Shown here piece after piece: positions 38,274 through 48,376 of a stretch of 64,000 nucleotides of DNA. Numbering within the stretch: position 1 is the first letter of the stretch; every line of letters starts with the position of its first letter. The notes under the pieces are model-generated. The model was not told where the DNA came from and did no database searches. It saw only the letters and a program-made list of their open reading frames with translations. The translations under genes and the position numbers were made by a program. This DNA comes from Roseovarius sp. Lineage in GTDB: Bacteria > Pseudomonadota > Alphaproteobacteria > Rhodobacterales > Rhodobacteraceae. The stretch lies in assembly GCF_048264965.1 (NCBI RefSeq), contig NZ_JBLXCN010000013.1. One strand, 5' to 3'.

Positions 38274-39233
38274 ATGACTGCAAGCCAAACGCCGACCCAG
38301 ATTGCCCGAGAGGTCCTTCGGATCGAGGCAGAGGCGTTGAACACGCTGCGCGACGGGCTGCCGGAACGCTTTGACCAGGTGATCACCGAGCTGTTGCAGG
38401 TGCGTGGCCGCGTCATCGTGTCGGGCATGGGCAAGTCGGGGCATATTGCCGCCAAGATCGCCGCGACCATGGCCAGCACCGGCACGCCGGCGCAATATGT
38501 ACATCCCGGCGAGGCGAGCCATGGCGACCTTGGCATGATCACCGCTCAGGACGCGGTGATCCTTATTTCCAATTCCGGCGAGACCCGCGAGCTCGCCGAT
38601 ATCATTGCCCATACCCGGCGCTTTGCGATCCCCCTGGTGGCTATCACCAAGAAAGCCGACAGCACCCTGGCGCAGCAGGCCGACCACCTGCTTGAGTTGC
38701 CCGATGCCCCCGAGGCTTGTGCGATTGGCATGGCGCCGACCACAAGCACGACCTGCACGCTGGCGCTTGGCGATGCCCTGGCGGTGGCCATGATGCGGAT
38801 GCGCGGGTTTGAGCGCGAGAATTTCCTGGCCTTTCATCCCGGTGGCACGCTTGGGGCGCAATTGCTTAAGGTGTCGTCGGTCATGCACAGGGGCGACGCC
38901 CTGCCGGTCGTCGCGACCGGGACGGGGATGGGCGAAACCCTGCTTGAGATGACAGCCAAGGGGTTTGGTGTGGCGGCACTGGTCGAGAATGGCAAGCTTA
39001 AAGGGGTGATCACGGATGGCGATTTGCGGCGCAATCTGGATCAGCTGATGAGCCGCACAGCCGGCGAGATTGCCACCTATAATCCGCGCAGCATTTCACC
39101 CGATGCCCTGCTGTCAGAGGCGCTTGGCGTGATGAATGCCCATAAGATCAGCGCGCTTTTCGCGGTGGATGATAAAGGTCAGTTGCAGGGCCTGGTGCAT
39201 ATCCATGACGCTCTGCGCGCGGGTGTGGCCTAA
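38274..39233 (+). CDS. kdsD: KpsF/GutQ family arabinose-5-phosphate isomerase (SIS + 2 CBS)
   Basis: GMGKSGHIA, HPGEASHGDLG, APTTST, FHPGG; GAGGAG RBS. Confidence 0.9.
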   Translation: MTASQTPTQIAREVLRIEAEALNTLRDGLPERFDQVITELLQVRGRVIVSGMGKSGHIAAKIAATMASTGTPAQYVHPGEASHGDLGMITAQDAVILISNSGETRELADIIAHTRRFAIPLVAITKKADSTLAQQADHLLELPDAPEACAIGMAPTTSTTCTLALGDALAVAMMRMRGFERENFLAFHPGGTLGAQLLKVSSVMHRGDALPVVATGTGMGETLLEMTAKGFGVAALVENGKLKGVITDGDLRRNLDQLMSRTAGEIATYNPRSISPDALLSEALGVMNAHKISALFAVDDKGQLQGLVHIHDALRAGVA

Positions 39234-39432
39234 GCTTAAGCCGGAACACGGTTCTTGCCAGTGCACATGGCTGGTGCGCAAAACAAAGCGGCCATCCACA
39301 GGCCCTGAGCCGCCGATATTGAGGACATTTCCCGCCAATCCGCCATGACACATATCCTGGACGTCAGGCCTGATTTGACTGAATTCGGGCCTGAGCCTAG
39401 CATATTGATCATAGCTAAGGGAGGGACAGACT

Positions 39433-40389
39433 ATGGCAAAATCCATTTTTCCACCTCAAGGCAATGGCCGCCTTTATTTAACCGAAGGTGGGGTCGAAAC
39501 AGAGATCATGTACAAGGACGGGTTCGAACTACCGCAGTTTGCGATGTTTCCTCTTCTGGATGACCCTGCGGCGCTGGAGGCCATGAAAGGCATCTGGAGG
39601 CGGATGTTGGCCGTCGCCGCCGAAACAGGGTTCTGCGTTGTCATGAACGGGCTTGATTACCGCGCAAGCCCCGATTGGGGTGACCTTCTTGGCTACTCGA
39701 AAGAGGGTCTGGCCACGATGCAGCACCGAAGCATTGATTTTCTGCGTGACCTTGCCCGCGAATATGAGGCGCATATCGAAAAGATATATATTTCAGGAAC
39801 GATCGGTCCGCGCGGTGACGCCTATTCGTTAAACCGTGAAATCACGGCCGATGAGGCTGAAGAGTATCATTCGGTTCAACTGGAAACCCTCAAACAGGCT
39901 CAGGTCGATATGGCCTGGGCAATGACATTCAACAATGTTCCCGAAGCGGTCGGCCTGGCCCGAGCCGCAAAATCGGCGGGATTGCCGCTTGCAATGGGCC
40001 TGACACTGGACAGCACCTGCAAGTTGAAATCGGGGCCGACCCTTAGCGAGGCTATTACCGAAATCGACAGGCAGACTGACGCGGGTCCGGATTTTTTTGC
40101 CTGTAATTGCTCGCATCCTATGGAATTCGAACCGGCCCTGGATGGGGGTGCGTGGCAAGGTCGTCTAAGATGTATCCGCCCCAATGCCTCGGCGATGGAA
40201 AAGATCGCACTGTGCAAGCTTGGGCATCTCGAGGATGGCGATCCGCAAGAGTTGGGCGAACAAATGGCTGATGTTGCAAGGCGCCTTCCGCATATGGATA
40301 TTTTCGGCGGTTGCTGTGGAACGGACGAGCGCCATTTACGCGAGATTGCCCAACATGTACGCGACGTCCGACAAATGGCTGACGTGTAG
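39433..40389 (+). CDS. Stand-alone homocysteine S-methyltransferase family protein
   Basis: LTEGGVET, GTIGPRGDAY, NCSHP and GGCCGTD Zn ligands; GGAGG RBS. Confidence 0.9.
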   Translation: MAKSIFPPQGNGRLYLTEGGVETEIMYKDGFELPQFAMFPLLDDPAALEAMKGIWRRMLAVAAETGFCVVMNGLDYRASPDWGDLLGYSKEGLATMQHRSIDFLRDLAREYEAHIEKIYISGTIGPRGDAYSLNREITADEAEEYHSVQLETLKQAQVDMAWAMTFNNVPEAVGLARAAKSAGLPLAMGLTLDSTCKLKSGPTLSEAITEIDRQTDAGPDFFACNCSHPMEFEPALDGGAWQGRLRCIRPNASAMEKIALCKLGHLEDGDPQELGEQMADVARRLPHMDIFGGCCGTDERHLREIAQHVRDVRQMADV

Positions 40390-40569
40390 CGTAAGAGGCC
40401 GGTTTCACGATTGCACTTCTCGCTGCCGAGCGGATGAAACGGCACTTGCGATATATCAATTCTGCACCATGTCGCGACTGATACCCTTGGACTGAACAAT
40501 CCGTGCCCGAGACAGGTTCCCACTGAAAGAGAGCTTTTTAATACGGGCCGCATTCGACGGGAGAGCAAG

Positions 40570-41022
40570 GTGACAAACGCGGCGCAAAATTTCGAGATTC
40601 TGGATGGATATGCTGCTGACGTATTGGCGGTCTCCGCGCATGGCACGCTGACCAGACAAGATTATGAAACCGTATTGATACCGAAATTTGAAGAAATGGT
40701 CCGGCAGGAGGGCAAGGTGAAACTCCTCTGCGTGTTTGGCGACGACTTTTCCGGATACTCCACTGGTGCCGCCTGGGACGACACCAAGTTCGGTTTCCTG
40801 CATATGCGCGAGATGGCCGGTGTGGCGGTTGTGACTGATAATGTCTGGCTACGCCTGGGAGTCAAAACCTTTGCACCACTTATTAGTTGCCCGGTCGCGC
40901 TATTTCACATGAACGAGTTGGAAGATGCCCAAAAGTGGATCAGCGAATGGGAACACGAGCCGGAGAATGGTCCCGGCGTTTCGGTCGAGCACAAGCTGCC
41001 GACGCTGGAGGACAAAGCATAA
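40570..41022 (+). CDS. STAS/SEC14 (SpoIIAA-like) domain protein
   Basis: GTLTRQDYE, WDDTKFG, AVVTD, F...LEDAQKWI; GTG start with GGAG RBS. Confidence 0.82.
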   Translation: MTNAAQNFEILDGYAADVLAVSAHGTLTRQDYETVLIPKFEEMVRQEGKVKLLCVFGDDFSGYSTGAAWDDTKFGFLHMREMAGVAVVTDNVWLRLGVKTFAPLISCPVALFHMNELEDAQKWISEWEHEPENGPGVSVEHKLPTLEDKA

Positions 41023-41119
41023 CGCCTCTTCCCGTAAAACTATCATCGGTCATCCTTGGCTGAATTGCACGAAGAAACGGCGCGTTTAGACCTGCGCCAT
41101 CATGCAATGGAAACCTTAT

Positions 41120-41374
41120 CTACTCTACCTCGAACACCTTGTCGCGAGAGGTTTGCCCGCGGATAAGGCGCAGGCGCGTCTTGGGCAGGCCAAGCGCCTT
41201 GGCCAACAGCTTTTGCACGGCGGCATTGGCCTTGCCGTCCTCGGGAACGGTGGTGACATAAACCCGGAGATGATCCGCCTCGGCGGTTATGCGGTTGCGC
41301 GACGCCTTGGGTGTCACGCGCAGGGCGATCTGGGTGCCGGTGCTGGCAAGGTGACTTAGATCGGGGATATCCAT
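41120..41374 (-). CDS. DUF167 (YggU-like) protein
   Basis: LRVTPKASRN, VPEDGKANAAV, LIRGQTSRDK. Confidence 0.88.
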   Translation of the reverse strand: MDIPDLSHLASTGTQIALRVTPKASRNRITAEADHLRVYVTTVPEDGKANAAVQKLLAKALGLPKTRLRLIRGQTSRDKVFEVE

Positions 41375-41487
41375 GGCCTTGATTACCCGCTGGCGTCACG
41401 CGTTCCAAGCGGTTTTAAAGGCCCTGCCCCTTGACCCCGGTGCCCGGCTTGCCGACATGTAAGCCACAATCAAGTTGAAAGGTTGCC

Positions 41488-42066
41488 ATGCCAAGCCCGA
41501 ACCCAGTCGCCCTTGAATTTCTGCAAAGCCGCCGCTCGCGTCCTGCCAAGACGCTTGTTCTGCCGGTGCCGGGGCGCGCCGAGTTGCGCCCGCTTCTGAG
41601 CGCTGCCGCCCGAAGCCCGGATCACGGCAAACTGGAACCCTGGCGCTTTGTCGTGCTGGAGCGCGGCGCGCTGTTGCGGATCGCGGGGCTGATTGAGGGT
41701 GTCGGCGCACGGCTTGGCAAATCACCCGAGGATATCGCCAAGGCGCGGGGTCAGTTCGACATGGCGCATCTGGCGGTGGCCGTGATCGAAGTGCAAAAGC
41801 CATCCGAGAAGGTTCCCGCCATCGAACAGACCTATTCGGCGGGCTGTGTGTGTCTTGGGCTTTTGAACGCAGCACTGGCGGCGGGCTGGGGCGCCAATTG
41901 GCTAAGCGGATGGGCCAGCCATGACCGGGGCTTTGCCGAGGCCGCCCTGGGGCTTGCCCCGTCCGAGCGGATCGCCGGTTTCATCCATATCGGCACCGAG
42001 GCAAGCGTGCCGCCAGAGCGGCCGCGCCCGGATCTGGACCAGATCACGACCTGGGTTTCGGCATGA
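41488..42066 (+). CDS. Nitroreductase (YdjA-like)
   Basis: SRRS, PDHGKLEPWRF, GWGANWLSGW, GFIHIGT. Confidence 0.9.
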   Translation: MPSPNPVALEFLQSRRSRPAKTLVLPVPGRAELRPLLSAAARSPDHGKLEPWRFVVLERGALLRIAGLIEGVGARLGKSPEDIAKARGQFDMAHLAVAVIEVQKPSEKVPAIEQTYSAGCVCLGLLNAALAAGWGANWLSGWASHDRGFAEAALGLAPSERIAGFIHIGTEASVPPERPRPDLDQITTWVSA

Positions 42067-42773
42067 TATTCACGAGCTTTTTCAAAGCCCTGTCACAGAT
42101 TGGCGACCGCCGCTTCCAACGTGTCCTGCTCATCGGTGTCGGGCTGACGCTGGCGCTATTGGTCGCCGCCTATGCGCTGTTTCTGGGGCTGATCCAGGTC
42201 CTTGTCGGGGACACGAGCACACTGCCTTTTATAGGCGAGGTGACTTGGCTTAACGATCTTCTGGGTTGGAGCAGCTTTTTGCTTATGATGGTGCTGTCGG
42301 CGTTCCTGATGGTGCCGGTCGCCTCGGCCATCACCTCGATGTTTCTTGATGAGGTCGCGCAGGCGGTCGAGGATCGCCATTACAGCGGGCTTGGCGCAGC
42401 GCGCAAAGTGCCACTTGGCGAGGCGTTTCGCGATACGGTGAATTTTCTTGGCGTCCTGATCGGGGCCAACCTGGTGGCACTGATCGCCTATGTGATCTTC
42501 ACGCCCTTCGCGCTTTTCATTTTCTGGGGGCTGAACGGGTATTTGCTTGGGATGGAATATTTCCAACTCGCCGCAATGCGTCGGATCGGGCGTGCCCGCG
42601 CCAGGGAAATGCGGCGCAAGAACCGGCTTACGATCTGGGCGGCGGGCACACTTATGGCGATGCCGCTATCGCTTCCGCTGGTAAACTTGGTGATCCCGAT
42701 CCTGGGCGCGGCGACCTTTACCCATATCTATCACGCTATTGCGGCGCGCTCTGGTCCTGCCCCATCCGGTTAA
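42063..42773 (+). CDS. EI24/CysZ-like membrane protein
   Basis: Hydrophobic; FLDEVAQAVE, NGYLLGMEYF; ATGA overlap with the nitroreductase gene. Confidence 0.8.
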   Translation: MIFTSFFKALSQIGDRRFQRVLLIGVGLTLALLVAAYALFLGLIQVLVGDTSTLPFIGEVTWLNDLLGWSSFLLMMVLSAFLMVPVASAITSMFLDEVAQAVEDRHYSGLGAARKVPLGEAFRDTVNFLGVLIGANLVALIAYVIFTPFALFIFWGLNGYLLGMEYFQLAAMRRIGRARAREMRRKNRLTIWAAGTLMAMPLSLPLVNLVIPILGAATFTHIYHAIAARSGPAPSG

Positions 42774-43023
42774 ACATATCGAGATCGCGCACGGTGATGG
42801 CACCCGACAGGATCGTACCGCCGATAATTGCCCAGAGCACGACACTGACCCCGGTGGTGATCCAGGCCTTTTTGCGCAGGTGGTGATGTTCGGGTGATCC
42901 GGCATGGGTGCCGGGCACGACCTCGTTGAGGTCGCCCTGAGTTTGAATGCGAATCGGGATCACGACCAGAAATGTCATGAACCAGATCACCGCGAAAAGA
43001 ACGATGCCCGAGGTGATTCCCAT
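42736..43023 (-). CDS. DUF1467 family protein
   Basis: FAVIWFMTFLVVIP, VVPGTHAGSP, KKAWITT. Confidence 0.82.
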   Translation of the reverse strand: MGITSGIVLFAVIWFMTFLVVIPIRIQTQGDLNEVVPGTHAGSPEHHHLRKKAWITTGVSVVLWAIIGGTILSGAITVRDLDMFNRMGQDQSAPQ

Positions 43024-43427
43024 CAGACCTGCTCCAACTCGACAAGGCAGCCGTTGAAATCCTTGGGGTGCAGGAACAGCACCGGCTTGCCATGGGCGCC
43101 AATCTTGGGCTCGCCCGTACCAAGAACCCGAGCGCCAGTTTTCAACAGCTGATCGCGGGCGGCGAGGATGTCATCAACCTCGTAACAGATATGGTGAATC
43201 CCTCCGGCCGGGTTCTTTTCCAGAAACCCGTTGATCGGGCTGTTTTCACCCAATGGATAAAGCAATTCGATCTTTGTATTGGGCAATTCGATAAAGATAA
43301 CCGTGACCCCGTGGTCAGGTTCATCCTGCGGCGCCCCCACCTTGGCGCCCAGCGCCGTGCGGTATTGCTCGGCAGCGGCGGTCAGATCCGGCACGGCAAT
43401 GGCAACGTGATTGAGGCGTCCGATCAT
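43023..43427 (-). CDS. mce: Methylmalonyl-CoA epimerase
   Basis: LNHVAIAVP, NTKIELL, GGIHHICYEV, FLHPKDFNGCLVELEQ. Confidence 0.95.
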   Translation of the reverse strand: MIGRLNHVAIAVPDLTAAAEQYRTALGAKVGAPQDEPDHGVTVIFIELPNTKIELLYPLGENSPINGFLEKNPAGGIHHICYEVDDILAARDQLLKTGARVLGTGEPKIGAHGKPVLFLHPKDFNGCLVELEQV

Positions 43428-43510
43428 GGCTGGTTCCTTTCATCTGGTCTGGGGGTGTTATGGGGGCGCGAAGGTCCGCTGACAAGCGACAGGGGGACGC
43501 AACCCGCGCA

Positions 43511-43526
43511 TTAACGCCGGATTCAC
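43511..43526 (+). promoter_or_regulatory. CtrA-like binding site upstream of the orphan response regulator
   Basis: TTAA-cgccgga-TTCAC, one mismatch to TTAA-N7-TTAAC. Confidence 0.55.
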
Positions 43527-43575
43527 CATCCCTACGTAATCCTGTGCGGACCCGGTTCAACAAAGGATCAGCCCG

Positions 43576-44277
43576 ATGAGTGATCTCGACAGCCTTGCGC
43601 CACAGCGCACACCCACCAGCAGCCGCCCGCTTTTGGGGATGACGGTTCTCGCCGTAGAAGACAGCCGCTATGCCAGCGAAGCGCTGCGCCTGATGTGCCT
43701 GCGCAGCGGGGCGCGGATCAGGCGGGCGGATTGCCTGCGCTCGGCGCGCCGACATCTTCGGGTTTATCGCCCCTCGGTGGCGATCATTGATCTTGGACTT
43801 CCTGATGGATCCGGGGCCGAGCTTATCAAAGAGCTGGATCGCGCCGCACCGCGCGTCGGCGTGATTCTTGGCACAAGTGGTGACGCCAGGACCGAACATG
43901 GCGTGCTCGGGGCCGGGGCGGATGGTTTCCTGCTCAAGCCGATAACCAGCCTGGGCACATTTCAGCAAAAGATCCTGTGTCATATTCCGGCCGACCGCCG
44001 CCCGAACGGCCCCTATGGGATCACCACCGAAAGGATAAACCCGGACCCGCTGGCGTACCGCGATGATCTAGAACATGTGCTCAACCTTCTGGATGGCGGG
44101 CATGACGCGCCGGTGCTGGCCTATATCGCGCAGTTTCTCGAAGGCGTGGCACAATCGGCCGGGGACAGTGCCCTCGCGGCGGCGGCAAGGCGGCTTGGCG
44201 GCACGGCGGGGACGGATGCCGTGGCGCCGATCGTCGGGCTGATTGAAAAGCGCCTTCAAAACCGGCTGGCGATCTAA
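43576..44277 (+). CDS. Orphan response regulator: receiver domain plus helical C-terminal domain without a DNA-binding motif
   Basis: AVEDS, IIDLGLPDGSG, GADGFLLKP; helical tail. Confidence 0.85.
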   Translation: MSDLDSLAPQRTPTSSRPLLGMTVLAVEDSRYASEALRLMCLRSGARIRRADCLRSARRHLRVYRPSVAIIDLGLPDGSGAELIKELDRAAPRVGVILGTSGDARTEHGVLGAGADGFLLKPITSLGTFQQKILCHIPADRRPNGPYGITTERINPDPLAYRDDLEHVLNLLDGGHDAPVLAYIAQFLEGVAQSAGDSALAAAARRLGGTAGTDAVAPIVGLIEKRLQNRLAI

Positions 44278-44294
44278 GGCATAGGCGCCCTGCC

Positions 44295-45011
44295 CTAATC
44301 CTGCTCGGGATCACCGGCAGCGCGTACTAGGCGGGTCAGGCTGCTCAGGCTTTCGCGTTGCTGGCCCTGTGCATCGAAATTCGACGGCGCCAGCCAGATT
44401 TGAAAGGCCTCGTCGAGGGCGGGCCACTCGGCATCAATCGCGGCGAACCAGGCGGTGTCGCGATTGCGGCCCTTGACCACGGTGGCCTGACGGAAAATAC
44501 CCTCGTAGCTCAGACCAAGGCGTTGTGCCGCACGTCGCGACGGCATGTTGAGCGCGTCGCATTTCCATTCATAGCGCCGATACCCCGCCTCAAACGCCCA
44601 TTTCATCATCAGATACATTGCCTCGGTCGCCGCGCGGGTGCGTTGCAGCGAGGGCGACAGATTGATGTGCCCAACCTCGATGCTGCCCGATTGCGGGGTG
44701 ATCCGAAGATAGCTGGCGACGCCACCCAACTGGCCGGTTTCCAGATTGGTGATGGCGTAAAACAGCGGGTCCTGCCCAACCGCAACCTGACGCGCCCAGC
44801 GGTGATATTGCGCCGCGGATGAAAACGGACCATAGGGAAGGTAATCCCAGATCGCATCACTGGCGCTATTGGCGCGGTGCAGATCAGAGGCGTGGCGGTC
44901 GGCGTCAAGCCGCTCGAGCGCCGCATATCGCCCGACAAGCGGCACGCCTTCGGGAACGGGCGGTTCCTTCCAATCGGGCAGCTTCGGGCCAAGGGAACGT
45001 TCTTGAAGCAT
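44295..45011 (-). CDS. GNAT (RimJ/RimL-like) acetyltransferase
   Basis: SIEVGHI, YRRYEWKCDALN, GRNRDTAWF; start uncertain. Confidence 0.88.
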   Translation of the reverse strand: MLQERSLGPKLPDWKEPPVPEGVPLVGRYAALERLDADRHASDLHRANSASDAIWDYLPYGPFSSAAQYHRWARQVAVGQDPLFYAITNLETGQLGGVASYLRITPQSGSIEVGHINLSPSLQRTRAATEAMYLMMKWAFEAGYRRYEWKCDALNMPSRRAAQRLGLSYEGIFRQATVVKGRNRDTAWFAAIDAEWPALDEAFQIWLAPSNFDAQGQQRESLSSLTRLVRAAGDPEQD

Positions 45012-45098
45012 AAAAAGCCTTTTACATAAATCCTCTGGCGCAAGCATGTACCCATGCCGCGCCAAAGGAAAGCCCCGTTTTACCGCGTAACTGACGGC

Positions 45099-46874
45099 TT
45101 AGTCCTGCGGGATGACCCGCAGGCCAAGCTCCATCAGCTGATCGCTTGTCGGATCAGAGGGCGCGTCCATCATCAGGTCTTCGGCGCGCTGGTTCATCGG
45201 GAACATGATCACTTCGCGGATGTTGGCGGTTTCGGCCAGCAACATCACGATCCGGTCAATCCCGGCCGCACAGCCTCCGTGGGGCGGCGCGCCGTATTGA
45301 AAGGCGTTGACCATGCCGCCAAAGCGCTTGCGCACCTCGGCCTCGTCATACCCCGCCAGTTCGAAGGCCTTGATCATGGTATCAAGCTTGTGGTTCCGGA
45401 TCGCACCGGAAATAAGCTCGTACCCGTTACAGCTCAGGTCATACTGATAGCCCAGCACTTCAAGCGGATTGCCGTTGAGCGCCTCGCGCCCGCCCTGGGG
45501 CATCGAGAACGGGTTGTGGCTAAAGTCGATCTTGCCGGTTTCCTCATCGGCCTCGTACATCGGGAAATCGACGATCCAGGCAAAGGCAAACCGGTTCTGA
45601 TCAGTCAGGCCAAGCTCGTCGCCGATGACGGTGCGCGCCTTGCCCGCAACCCGCTCAAAGACCGTCGGCTTGCCACCAAGGAAAAACGCCGCGTCGCCCT
45701 TGCCAAGGCCAAGTTGCAGGCGGATCGCCTCGGTGCGCTCGGGGCCGATGTTCTTGGCGAGCGGGCCCGCGGCCTCGACACCGTTTTCCCCCTCGCGCCA
45801 GAAGATATAGCCCATGCCGGGCAGGCCCTCTTTCTGCGCGAAGGAGTTCATCCGGTCACAGAATTTGCGGCTGCCGCCGGTGGGGGCGGGAATGGCGCGG
45901 ATTTCGGTACCTTCCTGTTCCAGCAGCTTGGCGAAGATCGCAAAGCCCGAGCCGCGGAAATGCTCACTGACATCCTGCATCTTGATCGGGTTGCGCAGGT
46001 CGGGCTTGTCAGTGCCATACCAGAGTGCGGCGTCACGATACGAGATATGCGGCCAATGGGCATCGACCGCCGCGCCCTTGCCGAATTCCTCGAAAATGCC
46101 CTGTATGACCGGCTGGATCGTGTCGAACACATCCTGTTGTTCGACAAAGGACATTTCAAGGTCAAGCTGATAGAAATCGGTCGGCGAGCGGTCGGCACGC
46201 GGATCTTCGTCACGGAAACAGGGCGCGATCTGGAAATACTTGTCAAAACCGCTGACCATGATCAGCTGTTTGAACTGCTGCGGTGCCTGCGGCAGGGCAT
46301 AGAACTTGCCGGGATGCTGGCGCGAAGGCACCAGAAAATCACGCGCACCTTCGGGCGACGATGCTGTGATGATCGGGGTCTGGTATTCGCGAAAGCCCTT
46401 GTCCCACATGCGGCGGCGCATCGAGGCCACGACATCCGACCGCAGCGTCATGTTGGTCTGCATCGCCTCGCGGCGCAGGTCGAGGTAACGATACCGCAGG
46501 CGGGTTTCCTCGGGGTATTCCTGATCGCCGAACACCATCAGCGGCAGTTCGCCCGAGGCCCCGAGAACCTCAAGGTCGCGAATGAACACCTCGATCTCGC
46601 CGGTGGGGATCTTGGCATTGATCAGGCTGTCGTCGCGCGCCTTCACCGATCCGTCGATTCGAATGCAATATTCGCTGCGCAGCTTTTCCACCTGCGCGAA
46701 AACCGGGCTGTCGGGATCACACAAAAGCTGCGTCACGCCATAGTGATCGCGCAAATCAATGAAGAGAACCCCGCCATGATCGCGGATGCGATGCACCCAA
46801 CCGGAAAGGCGAACGGCGTCGCCCACGTTGGATTTGGTCAGGTCGGCGCAAGTATGGCTGCGATATGCGTGCAT
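45099..46874 (-). CDS. aspS: Aspartate--tRNA ligase, probably non-discriminating Asp/Asn type
   Basis: [42 protein letters not shown]. Confidence 0.98.
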   Translation of the reverse strand: MHAYRSHTCADLTKSNVGDAVRLSGWVHRIRDHGGVLFIDLRDHYGVTQLLCDPDSPVFAQVEKLRSEYCIRIDGSVKARDDSLINAKIPTGEIEVFIRDLEVLGASGELPLMVFGDQEYPEETRLRYRYLDLRREAMQTNMTLRSDVVASMRRRMWDKGFREYQTPIITASSPEGARDFLVPSRQHPGKFYALPQAPQQFKQLIMVSGFDKYFQIAPCFRDEDPRADRSPTDFYQLDLEMSFVEQQDVFDTIQPVIQGIFEEFGKGAAVDAHWPHISYRDAALWYGTDKPDLRNPIKMQDVSEHFRGSGFAIFAKLLEQEGTEIRAIPAPTGGSRKFCDRMNSFAQKEGLPGMGYIFWREGENGVEAAGPLAKNIGPERTEAIRLQLGLGKGDAAFFLGGKPTVFERVAGKARTVIGDELGLTDQNRFAFAWIVDFPMYEADEETGKIDFSHNPFSMPQGGREALNGNPLEVLGYQYDLSCNGYELISGAIRNHKLDTMIKAFELAGYDEAEVRKRFGGMVNAFQYGAPPHGGCAAGIDRIVMLLAETANIREVIMFPMNQRAEDLMMDAPSDPTSDQLMELGLRVIPQD

Positions 46875-47122
46875 GGCGTCCTCTCTCGGGCCCCTTTGGG
46901 GCAACTTTCATGGTCCGGGCCGATACACCTTGGCGGGGCGGCAAAGTCAAGGGGCGGCTGAGGCAACCCCCTGCGCCACCCGCTAAAAACGTTTACAGAT
47001 GGGCCTTTTTGCGGGAAAATATTCGTTATCGAGCAATTAGCCCGCATCAATGCGGCATCAGGACACGGGTTTAACATCACCGCAGGAAGGCGCCTTGTCG
47101 CGCGCAAGATGAGGGGTGAAAC

Positions 47123-48361
47123 ATGTGGATCATGGCTCTGGACAGGTTGCTGGCGCATCTGATGAAGCGTGGCAGACTACGTGTGACCTTTCCCGATGGC
47201 AGCACACGAAGCTATGGCGATGGTCAGGGCGGGCCGGATGTGGGGCTGACGCTGGATGATCCAAGCCTGCCGCGCAAGATCGTGCTCTCGCCGGATATGG
47301 CCGTGGGCGAGGGGTACATGGATGGCCGCCTGACAATTGAGGACGATGATCTTTACGGGTTCCTCAGCCTGGCGATCAGCAATATCGCGGCCCAGGGCCA
47401 GCCCTGGTTTCGTCGCCCACTTGAGGGGCTGAAATCGCTCATGCAACGGATAGATCAGTTCAACCCGGTGGCGCGCGCGCAGGCCAATGTGGCGCATCAC
47501 TATGATCTCTCGGGCGAGCTTTACGATCTGTTCCTTGATGCGGACCGGCAATATTCCTGTGCCTATTTCCGCAGCCCCGACATGACGCTTGAGGACGCAC
47601 AAGAGGCCAAGAAGCACCATATCGCAGGCAAGCTCCTGATCGAGCCGGGAATGCGGGTGCTTGATGTCGGCTGTGGCTGGGGCGGGATGGGCCTGACGCT
47701 GGCGCGCGATTACGGGGCGCATGTCACCGGCGTCACCCTGTCGCGCGAACAGCACGCCATGGCCAATGCCCGCGCCGAGGCCGCAGGTCTTGCCGATAAG
47801 GTGACCTTCAAGCTGATGGATTACCGCCATGTCACGGGACAGTTCGATCGCATCGTTTCGGTCGGCATGTTCGAGCATGTTGGCCAGCCCCATTACAACG
47901 CCTATTTCGATACGATCCACCGGCTGCTTGCCCCCAAGGGCGTTGCTCTTGTTCACACCATCGGGCGCGCCGGACCGCCAGGGGCAACAAGCCCCTGGAT
48001 CACGAAATATATCTTTCCCGGCGGGTATTGCCCCGCCATGTCCGAAACGCTGGCCGCGATTGAACGCAACAACCTGGTAACCGCCGATGTCGAGGTCTGG
48101 CGGATGCATTACGCCCAAACGCTGCGCCATTGGCATGATCGTTTCATGGCCAATATCGACAAGGTGCGCGCGCTTTATGATGACCGGTTCTGTCGGATGT
48201 GGCGCTATTACCTGATTGCCAGCGAGCTGACCTTTCGACTTAACGACCAGGTCGTGTTCCAGTTCCAGCTATCGCCGGATCAACTGGCCGTGCCGCTGAC
48301 GCGCGATTACCTTTATCACCCCACTGATACCGATATGGGGCACCGTCAGGTCGCCGAATAA
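47123..48361 (+). CDS. cfa: Cyclopropane-fatty-acyl-phospholipid synthase family methyltransferase
   Basis: NVAHHYDLS, YSCAYF, LDVGCGWGG, SVGMFEHVG, WITKYIFPGG, RMWRYYL. Confidence 0.9.
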   Translation: MWIMALDRLLAHLMKRGRLRVTFPDGSTRSYGDGQGGPDVGLTLDDPSLPRKIVLSPDMAVGEGYMDGRLTIEDDDLYGFLSLAISNIAAQGQPWFRRPLEGLKSLMQRIDQFNPVARAQANVAHHYDLSGELYDLFLDADRQYSCAYFRSPDMTLEDAQEAKKHHIAGKLLIEPGMRVLDVGCGWGGMGLTLARDYGAHVTGVTLSREQHAMANARAEAAGLADKVTFKLMDYRHVTGQFDRIVSVGMFEHVGQPHYNAYFDTIHRLLAPKGVALVHTIGRAGPPGATSPWITKYIFPGGYCPAMSETLAAIERNNLVTADVEVWRMHYAQTLRHWHDRFMANIDKVRALYDDRFCRMWRYYLIASELTFRLNDQVVFQFQLSPDQLAVPLTRDYLYHPTDTDMGHRQVAE

Positions 48362-48376
48362 CCAGAGGCGGGGCGA

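Noticed and set aside
36939-38888. 649-aa MFS with a long N-terminal extension
   Set aside because: The extension is antisense to kdsD; the transporter sequence begins at ATG 38156
39240-39430. Possible gene remnant at the left edge of the methyltransferase insert
   Set aside because: None of the six frames gave a motif I could recognise; cannot support a pseudogene call without a search
42736-42773. 38-bp convergent overlap of the EI24-like and DUF1467 genes
   Set aside because: Short 3' overlaps are common and both frames look intact
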